NCBI GenBank assembly: GCA_964432765.1
Contig: CAYSOT010000002.1
Span: 38,220-102,219, forward strand
Source of the DNA: an uncultured Candidatus Saccharibacteria bacterium
Lineage (GTDB): Bacteria > Patescibacteriota > SICC01 > CAYSOT01
DNA: 64,000 nucleotides
Reading direction: 5' to 3'
Every line of letters begins with the position of its first letter. Position 1 is the first letter of the stretch. Under the pieces are notes generated by a model. The model saw only the letters and a program-made list of their open reading frames with translations, was not told where the DNA came from and searched no databases. A program made the translations under genes and the position numbers. Positions 27,250 to 35,927 of the stretch are shown here, one piece after another.

Positions 27250-30200
27250 ATGGATACGGAACTTACAGGCTGGGTAGAAAGTGCGCCGGAGGCGACTGAA
27301 GCGATTGTCGATCGGGCCGTCAGGTCGCATTTGCTTGAACATCCAGAATATCTACTACCACTCTGTTTCGAGTTTGAAGAATACGAAACCTACGGTGCGC
27401 TCGATGCGCTCGATATTTCAGCCCATGATCTGGCTAGGCTACCTCTTGGAGTTACGATTGAAAGAATTCCCGGGACAAACCAGCAGAGACTCTTCCGAAC
27501 AGAGCCCGAACATCACGATATGCGGTTGTGGGCTGAAGATGGTGTAGACATTCCAAATCGCGCATCAGCAGTTGACCTTCTTGCGATCCAATACCTTCTT
27601 GATACAACAAGGCCTTCGGGCAAACCGGGACATTTCGACTACACTCCAAACACCGTTCCGGGCGGTTTAGCTAAACCGCGTGAAGTCACAGAAAAAGACA
27701 TCCAAGAGATTTTTAATATTGCCAAAGAGGCACTCTTTGAAGTTGGCTACTCGCTTAATAAGTACGGCAGGCCTTTAATTGAAGAGGCTCAGAATCTGCG
27801 TGACCAAAGACATCCGGAGCTAGCAGGTTCAATTACGTTCCACGAGGAGCTTCTAGAGTTGCTCGAAAAGGGAGGGATTTTAGCGAGGAAGGTCGTCTAT
27901 GGCAAGCCGATCAAATTTGCCATCGACATAGTAACAACAGAACCACAGCGTGTGGCTGCGCTCGTGGATGAGCATCGCGTACACGGCGATCCAGTACTCG
28001 ACTTTACGGGATTCATTAAGAAATCTGTATCCAAAGATCCCGAATTTCAGCAGCATATTCTAGAACCGACAGAGCCTGGACTCGCGCTTGATCTTGATAT
28101 GACCTACTCACCACTCTTTCAGCGCCACATAACCCATGAGTCGTTTGGGAGAGTCACACCGCGAGAGTTGTATGCCGCAGCAGAATGGGCGATCGGCGAC
28201 CAGCTCGCAAAAGCAGCTCTTAGCAAGACCCCCGAATGGGCCGAGGTGCTAGCAAGAGAAAAACCTCTCTTTTATACCCACGACGGTATCAGGTTTGACG
28301 CTAGCCGAGTTGCCCTTGCCTTCTTCACAGTCGGTGCGGAAAAAACCGTCGAACTCCTCGTAGCCGCGGAAGATCGAGAAATTATGCTCGATGGAATTCA
28401 TGAGATGGTACGCCTTGGTAAAGACGCTGTGCTCCGTGAAGCTGGCCTCGAGCAGGCGTCAGAAATTTACCGTGCTGGTCTCATTAAGCGAAGCGGACTA
28501 GATGGTGCTGTTAGGTTTCTTTGGTTCAGCATGACCCGAGTTACGAAATTCCCCCACACTCCTTTTACCGAAGAGCATATTCGGCTTGAGAGGGAACAAG
28601 CAAAGGAGGAGCAGCGCAGGCGCCAACCCAAACTTTACATCGATAATGAGTTAGTTCATCTGCGCTGCGTGCAGATTTTTGAACGGGCCAAGCGCATTTA
28701 TGATATTAATCCGAGCATCTTCCCGAACCTTGGCTCCACAGACACGTTTGAGCAATATCTAACGCGGCAGATACTCTACCCCACGTCGCAAGATAGTCGA
28801 AAGCTTGAGTGGCTTGTTTTTGATGTCGATGTACCCCGAGTTGATGAGGAAACTATCTGTCGCGTTTTAGCTGAAAACGCCCACGTTGTAACCGAATTAC
28901 TTGAGCGAAGGATTTCTGAAAGCGTGTTGGAAGATGGCCTAAGCGAAGAGCGACGCGCTGCGATTCTGCATGACTTTGAGGTCCAGTTTGGTCCAGAGAT
29001 GCGGCAAGAAGCTCAAGCGCTGGTGGTCGACTTAGTAGAAGGGAACGATCTAGTCCTTGCGTTTGAGGGTTTAAAGCAGGCTGCTTTCGTTACGGAACTT
29101 TTTCGAGCAGCGGCTGATAATATCCAGATACCGCGGGAGCGTTTGCTAAAACGGCTCATTGAGAAATCAGCAGAAGTGTATGGAATTGACGCGACCGAGA
29201 TCGAATCGGCCATAACCCCGCAAGAGCTGTTATTCTATTTTGAACACGCGGAGCGCATCAGCGCACTGCGACACTCAACCACTCTGCCAGAGACAGCAGG
29301 ATGGCGAACGGCGAGCAAACCTCGTCCAATCAAAACTCCAGCCGATGAAATATGCTCGTTTGAAGATCTTCACCGAGCGAGACACCTTACTCACCAAACA
29401 GAGCTGGGCCAAGCCTACTACGTAGCAGCTGCACTGTTGCTCGGCCGAAAGACTATCGACAGCTTCTTGTCTCCATCCAGAAAGCGTCTCGGTTTAGTTA
29501 ACGGCGGCCACTATGAAGAGGTCTTGGGCTGGGTAGACTATGCAGTAAAGCTTTCTCCCGAAAACTTGACCGCTGTTCTCGAATCAATTGACTCGGATGT
29601 TGAACAGTTCGAACTTTCTATATATCTGACAAAATATGAACCTGAAAATGATCAACTAGCACAGCGTGGTCCGATTCGCTCGATTCGAGAGCTCAAAGTC
29701 CGCGTCGAGGCTCTAGGGAGAGACTTTTCAGCAATCAAGGACAGGCGCGCCTGGGATGTACTTTCTAAAACACCGGGTATGGACTTCGCAGCGCTCGAGG
29801 AAATGTGCGGACAGAGGGAATTCCACGAGCTGCTCCGTGGAGACTTCGACGCATTCCAACCCTTTTCATCATTCGAGGTGCTGGTTGCTCCAAAGCACGA
29901 TGTAGCAACAATCGTACAAACGTCGCTTGGGTCTAGAAAAAACAATACTCCAGGAACGGCCGCCGACCCGGCAAAGCTTTATCATGACCTCAAACACCTT
30001 ATGAAACGCCGTGGCGTCACTGGATCCCCTGCGGATTTATTTGAATCGGTTCCAAAACAGATAGAAGCAGAAGTGCTCGAGCTTGTACGAGGGCAGGATT
30101 CATACCAAGAAGAGTCAACCGGGCCACTCTACAGGGCAACGCTTCACGACAAATCAGATCCTCTTGGTTGGGTTTGTGGAAATTACACCGATTGCTGCAT

Positions 30201-30588
30201 GCCGTTTGGGCGAAGCCTCAATACAGACTACATGTTCAATCCGGACACGCAGTATTTTACGATTCGACGTAACGGTAGAATCATTGCACAATCAGTCGTT
30301 ATTGCCGCCCAAGACGCAGGCACACATGAGCCAGTTGTTGTGCTTGATGGCCTAGAAATTGCTAACAACTACCGCCATCTTCGCGAAGACATTATCGCCG
30401 TGTACCGAAAGGTCTGGGGTGATACATACGACGGGAAGCCTGTGCTGATTGGGACGTTCCGCAAGGAACACCCGATTACCAGAGAGCCGTACGAAGCATC
30501 AGTTTCCGAGCACTATATTTCGCGTAGTGGCAGCATTGGTTATACCGACGCTTGGGGCTACTTCCTCTTCCCCTTTACGCCATCCTGA
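27250..30588 (+). CDS. Very large orphan hypothetical protein (1112 aa). No signal peptide or TM segment recognised.
   Basis: Single uninterrupted ORF preceded by a possible -10 TATACT. No family-defining motifs recognised. The C-terminal roughly 180 aa contain a Cys cluster WVCGNYTDCCMPFG and conserved-looking aromatics. Confidence 0.7.
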   Translation: MDTELTGWVESAPEATEAIVDRAVRSHLLEHPEYLLPLCFEFEEYETYGALDALDISAHDLARLPLGVTIERIPGTNQQRLFRTEPEHHDMRLWAEDGVDIPNRASAVDLLAIQYLLDTTRPSGKPGHFDYTPNTVPGGLAKPREVTEKDIQEIFNIAKEALFEVGYSLNKYGRPLIEEAQNLRDQRHPELAGSITFHEELLELLEKGGILARKVVYGKPIKFAIDIVTTEPQRVAALVDEHRVHGDPVLDFTGFIKKSVSKDPEFQQHILEPTEPGLALDLDMTYSPLFQRHITHESFGRVTPRELYAAAEWAIGDQLAKAALSKTPEWAEVLAREKPLFYTHDGIRFDASRVALAFFTVGAEKTVELLVAAEDREIMLDGIHEMVRLGKDAVLREAGLEQASEIYRAGLIKRSGLDGAVRFLWFSMTRVTKFPHTPFTEEHIRLEREQAKEEQRRRQPKLYIDNELVHLRCVQIFERAKRIYDINPSIFPNLGSTDTFEQYLTRQILYPTSQDSRKLEWLVFDVDVPRVDEETICRVLAENAHVVTELLERRISESVLEDGLSEERRAAILHDFEVQFGPEMRQEAQALVVDLVEGNDLVLAFEGLKQAAFVTELFRAAADNIQIPRERLLKRLIEKSAEVYGIDATEIESAITPQELLFYFEHAERISALRHSTTLPETAGWRTASKPRPIKTPADEICSFEDLHRARHLTHQTELGQAYYVAAALLLGRKTIDSFLSPSRKRLGLVNGGHYEEVLGWVDYAVKLSPENLTAVLESIDSDVEQFELSIYLTKYEPENDQLAQRGPIRSIRELKVRVEALGRDFSAIKDRRAWDVLSKTPGMDFAALEEMCGQREFHELLRGDFDAFQPFSSFEVLVAPKHDVATIVQTSLGSRKNNTPGTAADPAKLYHDLKHLMKRRGVTGSPADLFESVPKQIEAEVLELVRGQDSYQEESTGPLYRATLHDKSDPLGWVCGNYTDCCMPFGRSLNTDYMFNPDTQYFTIRRNGRIIAQSVVIAAQDAGTHEPVVVLDGLEIANNYRHLREDIIAVYRKVWGDTYDGKPVLIGTFRKEHPITREPYEASVSEHYISRSGSIGYTDAWGYFLFPFTPS

Positions 30589-30845
30589 CTTTTTCTAATC
30601 GCGCTGAAGTGCCACCATGGAAGGCGTTCTCCCGAGTTGATGAAATGAATGGCCGCCGCGAAAACATCTTCCACACACGGATCGTGTCGTCTTCCAGTCT
30701 TGGCACACAGTGCGAGGTACAGTGAATTCGCTGACTTACCCGACAGCTCATTGGGCGTCGCTATACCTAGTAGGGCCAGGTCTGCGGCAGTTGCTTTTCC
30801 AACATTCGGAATGTCGGTGAGTTTGTGGGCTAGTGAAGCCATCAA
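30558..30845 (-). CDS. Small helix-hairpin-helix DNA-binding protein, TfoX C-terminal-domain-like.
   Basis: 95 aa containing LTDIPNVGKATAADLALLGIATPNEL (an HhH motif) followed by HDPCVEDVFAAAIHF, a pattern typical of the TfoX_C / competence-associated HhH domain. The 3' end overlaps the 1112-aa ORF convergently by 31 nt. Confidence 0.5.
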   Translation of the reverse strand: MMASLAHKLTDIPNVGKATAADLALLGIATPNELSGKSANSLYLALCAKTGRRHDPCVEDVFAAAIHFINSGERLPWWHFSAIRKSQDGVKGKRK

Positions 30846-30862
30846 CTACACTATAGAGGTTT

Positions 30863-30952
30863 GGAGAGGTGCCGGAGTGGACGAACGGGGCGGTCTCGAA
30901 AACCGTTAGGCCCGCAAGGGTCTCGAGGGTTCGAATCCCTCCCTCTCCGCCA
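30863..30952 (+). tRNA. tRNA-Ser (anticodon CGA), class II, with encoded 3' CCA.
   Basis: GGAGAGGTGCCGGAGTGGACGAACGGGGCGGTCTCGAAAACCG...GGGTTCGAATCCCTCCCTCTCCGCCA. The anticodon loop CTCGAAA gives anticodon CGA. Its 3' half is almost identical to that of the tRNA-Ser(TGA) at 22.5 kb. Confidence 0.85.
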
Positions 30953-31036
30953 TAACATATCTAAGAAAACCAACAAACAATACTAAACTGAGAGATCTGG
31001 TCACCTCGGTCCAGCCTCGCTTAATCACATAAATTT

Positions 31037-31483
31037 ATGAAACACATACACTTAGAAGGCTCCTGGGTGATAAAGGCCCCACTTCGAAAAGTTTTTGACG
31101 TAGTTACCGATTTCGAAAAAATGCCCGAGCATTTTCCGGCTATTGCTGAGTCGCTCCATATCGTAAAGCGCGATGGTAATACTCTAACTATCGATGCGAG
31201 GGCAAAATCTTTTGGCAGATCGTTTCCTGTGAAAATGAAAACTACGATCATCCCCGGAAAGGGTTTTATTTCTGATAATCAGAGTCAGAAGTTTGGCACA
31301 TCGGGGCACGAGGAAATGATGCTCGAAAAGGTACCGACAGGCACAAAGGTTAACTATGTTTACGAGGTAACTATTCATAAGCCGCTGCTGCGCATTGTGG
31401 CAAAACCTCTTATTGGTTTCTTTGCGATGAGAATGTGGAAGCGTGCGTTCATAGACAAACTAAAAGAGCTTCTGGAAACGTAG
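31037..31483 (+). CDS. SRPBCC-superfamily protein (polyketide cyclase/dehydrase-like, START/Bet v 1 fold).
   Basis: 148 aa with the typical opening IKAPLRKVFDVVTDFEKMPEHFP and overall length and pattern of Polyketide_cyc2-type ligand-binding proteins. Confidence 0.6.
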   Translation: MKHIHLEGSWVIKAPLRKVFDVVTDFEKMPEHFPAIAESLHIVKRDGNTLTIDARAKSFGRSFPVKMKTTIIPGKGFISDNQSQKFGTSGHEEMMLEKVPTGTKVNYVYEVTIHKPLLRIVAKPLIGFFAMRMWKRAFIDKLKELLET

Positions 31484-31536
31484 CCCTACCAGCAAGAACG
31501 AGTCCAAAAAACCATAGAGTAGGTCGCATGAAATGG

Positions 31537-31565
31537 TTGACTGATAGCCAATAAAATGCTATATT
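31537..31565 (+). promoter_or_regulatory. Sigma-70-type promoter: TTGACT, 17-nt spacer, TATATT.
   Basis: -35 TTGACT at ~31537-31542 and -10 TATATT at ~31560-31565 with a 17-nt spacer. It lies about 23 nt upstream of the ATG at 31588. Confidence 0.5.
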
Positions 31566-31587
31566 AAGCCAATTAATTTGTGCGTAC

Positions 31588-32709
31588 ATGTCGAGCATTG
31601 ATACAGAATCGTCCCCCGAAGAGTTTGCCGCCACTTGCGACGAGCTGGCGAGACAGCTTGAGGAGGTTGTCCCCCAGACAGACCCGAATCGCGAGATGAC
31701 CGAGGCGTTCGTCCCTAAAGAAGATGGGGGTTGCTTTGTAATTCGGCGCGCACCGGGGAAAACAATTAAAGAAGCCGGAATCATTTTTGAGTTTGATAGT
31801 CCAGAAGCTGCGCGGTCGACCAAAATGGAATACACGAGTATCTATCGGTTCGACTCGCTCAATGGAATTAAGTCAGATTATTCAGCTGACCTCGATCGAC
31901 CGGCAACAGTAGTGGCAAATGAATTACTCACCCTAGTCCGTACCCGCAGACAGGAGATTAGAGTCGGGGGTATTGGTGCTTTCTATGGCACTGGTGAAGC
32001 GCTGCCAGAAACGAGCATGTCCGAAACAGAACAATTCGAGGCATACCACAGGCTCCAAGTCTTGGCTGGTGAACTTTGTGATGAATCCGACGCTCCAAAT
32101 GATTGCTCATACATACCTGGTGATTCGGAATGGGATACTCCAGTTGGCGGAACAGCCGACATGATGCATCTGCAGATTGACCGCAGCGGAGATACGCTCT
32201 ACATCCAAGAGCGCATACTATCGACACAACCCGACGGAACCTTGGTGGACGATGTGGTGCCATATCAATTCAATCGCACCGGTGGGCTGATCAATCGCAG
32301 AACTAATCGGCCGGTTCCAGACAAAGCTCTCGAATTTGCAGAGCTGATTGAGCTCGATCGGCAAATCAGCGGAAACCCAGAACTTCTTGGGGCATCCGAT
32401 GAACTGTACAAGCAAATTGAGCGTGTTTTCCAAGATGTCGAACCCGGTGAAAATGATGTCATTTATGTCGATTCTCGCGACCCGTCACACTCTGTGTACA
32501 TACATCGCGTTATCGAGCGAGATCGCGCCGGAATGGAATCTGTGCGATTCGGAATTCTTGAAACGAAGGAATCTGGGACGAAAATGTATACTCGGTCATT
32601 TAGCGCCGAAGAAGACAAGAGTCTTGTGCGCTCAGAGACTGAAAAACCAGATGCGCGCGCCGCTGCACGCCTAGCAGACATCATCGAGCACGGTCGACCC
32701 CCTAATTAG
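31588..32709 (+). CDS. Acidic hypothetical protein of 373 aa.
   Basis: Complete ORF behind a near-consensus promoter. No motif recognised. Confidence 0.55.
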   Translation: MSSIDTESSPEEFAATCDELARQLEEVVPQTDPNREMTEAFVPKEDGGCFVIRRAPGKTIKEAGIIFEFDSPEAARSTKMEYTSIYRFDSLNGIKSDYSADLDRPATVVANELLTLVRTRRQEIRVGGIGAFYGTGEALPETSMSETEQFEAYHRLQVLAGELCDESDAPNDCSYIPGDSEWDTPVGGTADMMHLQIDRSGDTLYIQERILSTQPDGTLVDDVVPYQFNRTGGLINRRTNRPVPDKALEFAELIELDRQISGNPELLGASDELYKQIERVFQDVEPGENDVIYVDSRDPSHSVYIHRVIERDRAGMESVRFGILETKESGTKMYTRSFSAEEDKSLVRSETEKPDARAAARLADIIEHGRPPN

Positions 32710-32787
32710 ACTGAAGTTCACCTTTGTTCCAGCAGCTCTGAAAAGAGTCTGCTTGCGGCATAGAAACAAACTCGCAACAATACCAGC

Positions 32788-33207
32788 ATGAACATGTTCA
32801 AACCATCAAGCACCTCGACAAGCAAGGAGTATATTTCCCAATGCCCTCCTCTGCGACAAGAATCTATCAAACAGTTAGACAAGCTTATTCGAGAAGTCGT
32901 GCCAGATCTGAAGCCCCATTTTGCCACTAATATGCTTGGGTATGGGTCGTTTCCTTATAAGAACTACAAGGGGGAGCTGGTCGAATGGCCAACCGTAGCC
33001 CTCGCGAACCAAAAGAACTATCTTAGCCTGTACGTTTGTGCGCTTGATGGAAACCAATACATTGCCGAAAAATATGCCGATGCACTTGGGCGCGTAAAGG
33101 TTGGAAAAAGCTGCATCCGATTCAAGCAATTTTCCGATCTTGATACAGACACGCTGCGGAAGGTCTTAAAAGAAGCCGCTGCAAATCCGGGTTTTGGAGA
33201 ACGATAG
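32788..33207 (+). CDS. DUF1801 (YdhG-like) family protein.
   Basis: 139 aa with a pattern typical of the DUF1801/YdhG family (LIREVVPDLKPHFATNMLGYGSFPYKNYKGELVEWPTVALANQKNYLSLYV). Confidence 0.55.
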   Translation: MNMFKPSSTSTSKEYISQCPPLRQESIKQLDKLIREVVPDLKPHFATNMLGYGSFPYKNYKGELVEWPTVALANQKNYLSLYVCALDGNQYIAEKYADALGRVKVGKSCIRFKQFSDLDTDTLRKVLKEAAANPGFGER

Positions 33208-33261
33208 CACGTCTGCGTTACCTGCTAGCCACCACGGTGTGCTCCCCCGTATGATAAAGGC

Positions 33262-33669
33262 ATGAATACCTCAACATTTTTCAAACTCTACCTCACGGCC
33301 GTGCCTGTCTTCTTCGCAATCGATATGTTCTGGCTTGGTGTTGTCGCCAAGAATCTATACCGGGATAAGCTTGGCTATCTAATGGCCAGCTCCGTCAATT
33401 GGCCTGCCGCTATAAGTTTTTATCTACTATTTCTGGTCGGCCTAGTCGTGTTTGTCATTCAGCCTGCAGTTGCAGATGGATCTTGGGTAAAAGCCGTTGG
33501 CCTCGGTGCGCTTTTTGGCTTAATAACGTATGCGACTTATGACCTAACAAACCTTGCCACGGTGCGCGACTGGCCGCTAAGTATTACCTTGATCGACCTC
33601 GCCTGGGGAACGGTTCTTGCTGCCTCGGTCTCGGGTGTCACCTACCTTATTGCCCAGCGAGTGCTGTAG
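33262..33669 (+). CDS. DUF2177-like small membrane protein with four TM helices.
   Basis: 135 aa, entirely hydrophobic helices. Its stop overlaps the start of the next gene. Confidence 0.55.
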   Translation: MNTSTFFKLYLTAVPVFFAIDMFWLGVVAKNLYRDKLGYLMASSVNWPAAISFYLLFLVGLVVFVIQPAVADGSWVKAVGLGALFGLITYATYDLTNLATVRDWPLSITLIDLAWGTVLAASVSGVTYLIAQRVL

Positions 33670-34460
33670 TGGACTTTTGGTCGCTCTATCTTGTTGCGGT
33701 CTATGTTGTCGGCGCCTTAATGGCTTCGACCTTTTTGATTTCGCTTCTAAAGAAAGACAATAGTATCGTCGATATATCGTGGGGCCTCGGATTCGCGCTC
33801 ATCGCCGGAACCACCTACTACGTTTCGGAAATGTATACGCCGACTGGTCTGGTGGTTAGTATTCTGGCAATTATATGGGGCATCCGCCTGGCTTCCCACA
33901 TTTACTTACGCAAAAGGGGGAAGCCAGAAGATTTCCGCTACGCGAAATGGCGAACGGAGCGGGGAAAAGGATTCGTTATTAGAAGTCTGCTTCAAATTTA
34001 CCTGCTGCAAGGTTTCCTGATGCTTGTAGTGGCAGCTAGTATTATCGCTGTTAATAGTGCTGAGAGCGCTGACTTCGGCATTGCAGCAATGCTTGGATTA
34101 CTTATCTGGCTAGTCGGATTTGGTTTTGAGGTTGTTTCAGATCTCCAGCTTGAACAGTTTCGAAACAAACCAAAAAAGAAGGGTGGGATTATCACGTCTG
34201 GACTCTGGCGCTACAGCCGACATCCAAATTACTTCGGGGAGAGCCTGCTTTGGATTGGGGTTTGGATTATGGTCGCCACAACACCCCACGGCCCGATTGC
34301 TATCATTAGCCCTCTGGTAATTACGCTTCTCCTGCGTTTTGTTTCCGGCGTACCAATGCTTGAGAAAAGATATGCTGGCAACGCCGCATACGCGGCTTAT
34401 GCAGCAAAAACTAATATCTTTGTACCGCTCCCAGCAAGCGGCAATCGGAAAAGCGGATGA
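33669..34460 (+). CDS. DUF1295 family membrane protein (steroid 5-alpha-reductase / ICMT-like fold).
   Basis: The C-terminal motif SGLWRYSRHPNYFGE is diagnostic for the DUF1295 / 3-oxo-5-alpha-steroid 4-dehydrogenase / isoprenylcysteine methyltransferase fold. Multi-TM. Confidence 0.7.
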   Translation: MDFWSLYLVAVYVVGALMASTFLISLLKKDNSIVDISWGLGFALIAGTTYYVSEMYTPTGLVVSILAIIWGIRLASHIYLRKRGKPEDFRYAKWRTERGKGFVIRSLLQIYLLQGFLMLVVAASIIAVNSAESADFGIAAMLGLLIWLVGFGFEVVSDLQLEQFRNKPKKKGGIITSGLWRYSRHPNYFGESLLWIGVWIMVATTPHGPIAIISPLVITLLLRFVSGVPMLEKRYAGNAAYAAYAAKTNIFVPLPASGNRKSG

Positions 34461-35227
34461 CCAAAGATCAGCGTGTCCTAATTACCGGCGCTACGGGTGG
34501 GATTGGCCTTGAGCTTGCCAAGCTGTTTGCCTCAGACGGCTATCAACTAGTGCTTGTGGGTCGTAATTCGGGACGACTTCAAGAGACAGCCAAGGTGCTG
34601 CTTGGACGCGGAGCCACCTCAGTAGAAACCCATGCGATTGACCTGGCACGCGCAGGAGCGGCCGAGAAAGTGGTCGATGCGCTCAAGACGCCTCACGTCG
34701 ATATTTTGGTTAACAACGCTGGCTATGCGACGAATGGAAAATTTAATGAGCTCGACTACGAAAGCGAACTTGGTATGGTTGATCTTAACATTGGCACCCT
34801 CACCGGTCTCACAAAATTACTGCTGCCGGGCATGGTCGAACGAAAGCAAGGCTGGATCTTAAATGTTGCATCAACCGCAGCGTTCCAACCCGGTCCGCTA
34901 ATGAGCGTGTACTACGCGACAAAGGCGTATGTTTTATCGTTCTCTCTTGGAATCCGTGAGGAGGTTAGAAAGGACAATGTTTTTGTAACCGCACTCTGCC
35001 CCGGACCGACAAAAACGGGCTTCGCCACTCGCGCTGGGATGCTTCGCACACGACTTTTCCGAGAGAACGTGATGCCCGCTGAAAAAGTAGCCCAACTTGG
35101 CTATGCTGCGCTCTTCTCTGGCAAAGCGTTCGTTGTCACGGGCACACTTAATAAACTAGCAGCCTTTGCAACGCGGTTTGTGCCTCGCTCCTTGGCCGCC
35201 AAGTTGGCTATGCGAGCACAATCTTAG
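34457..35227 (+). CDS. Short-chain dehydrogenase/reductase (SDR).
   Basis: Rossmann motif TGATGGIG, NNAG, and the catalytic YxxxK (YYATKAY). 4-nt overlap with the upstream DUF1295 gene. Confidence 0.85.
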   Translation: MTKDQRVLITGATGGIGLELAKLFASDGYQLVLVGRNSGRLQETAKVLLGRGATSVETHAIDLARAGAAEKVVDALKTPHVDILVNNAGYATNGKFNELDYESELGMVDLNIGTLTGLTKLLLPGMVERKQGWILNVASTAAFQPGPLMSVYYATKAYVLSFSLGIREEVRKDNVFVTALCPGPTKTGFATRAGMLRTRLFRENVMPAEKVAQLGYAALFSGKAFVVTGTLNKLAAFATRFVPRSLAAKLAMRAQS

Positions 35228-35246
35228 TTACGAAACCTAGTGATTC

Positions 35247-35423
35247 TCAATTGTGTTCGCCAGATCCATCATGAGCTCGGTCATGATGTACGACACGATG
35301 CACAATCAATTTTGTGAGTTCCTCTTCCGAGTACTCACGATTGTCTGGGTGGGTTTGGTTATGCTCGGAAAAGAGCTGTACAGCCTCGTCGAGAGGATCG
35401 TATTTAGCGACAATGAAGTTCAT
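35247..35423 (-). CDS. Possible small protein of 58 aa, below the ORF-track size cut-off.
   Basis: Hand-translated minus-strand ORF MNFIVAKYDPLDEAVQLFSEHNQTHPDNREYSEEELTKLIVHRVVHHDRAHDGSGEHN. Its ATG overlaps the stop of the upstream 129-aa gene in an ATGA arrangement. Low confidence. Confidence 0.25.
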   Translation of the reverse strand: MNFIVAKYDPLDEAVQLFSEHNQTHPDNREYSEEELTKLIVHRVVHHDRAHDGSGEHN

Positions 35424-35809
35424 TGCATGTCCTTCTTTGCGTGACTAGCAATTGATAATCCATTAGCAAGTCGAAACGTCAGAACACGGCTCAGTGTTTC
35501 GCGCAAAGCTTGTTCGTCGTGGATTGCCATAGAGTCGGCTATATCTTGTAGGCGAATCATGTTTTCTTCGATAGCTTTTAATAGTGCGTTATTCCCACGC
35601 TGTAGGTTAAGCTCTAAAACCTGGGTAAACAGATGATCAGTTAAACTTCGCCAGGCTCGTTTGCCAACGACTGCCCGAAGCTCAGGGTATTCCAGATAGT
35701 CCCTCTCGAGTGCCGCTGAACGCTCGAGCAACTCAACCAGTAGCCGTTTCGCTACTTTTGAGCCACGTGGAAAATCCACACTTGTATTGGTGCGTAGGTC
35801 GCTTTTCAT
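35420..35809 (-). CDS. Hypothetical protein of 129 aa.
   Basis: Complete ORF divergent from the phosphoglucomutase gene. No motif recognised. Confidence 0.45.
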   Translation of the reverse strand: MKSDLRTNTSVDFPRGSKVAKRLLVELLERSAALERDYLEYPELRAVVGKRAWRSLTDHLFTQVLELNLQRGNNALLKAIEENMIRLQDIADSMAIHDEQALRETLSRVLTFRLANGLSIASHAKKDMQ

Positions 35810-35927
35810 ACTGATACAGTCCCCGACTGCGTTAGCAGAGTACCATATCTTATATTTTTCCCTGAGTCAAGGGATATATCCGAATAAAAGGGTCTACTAA
35901 GTAGGGACTTTCCGGTATGATACGGCT

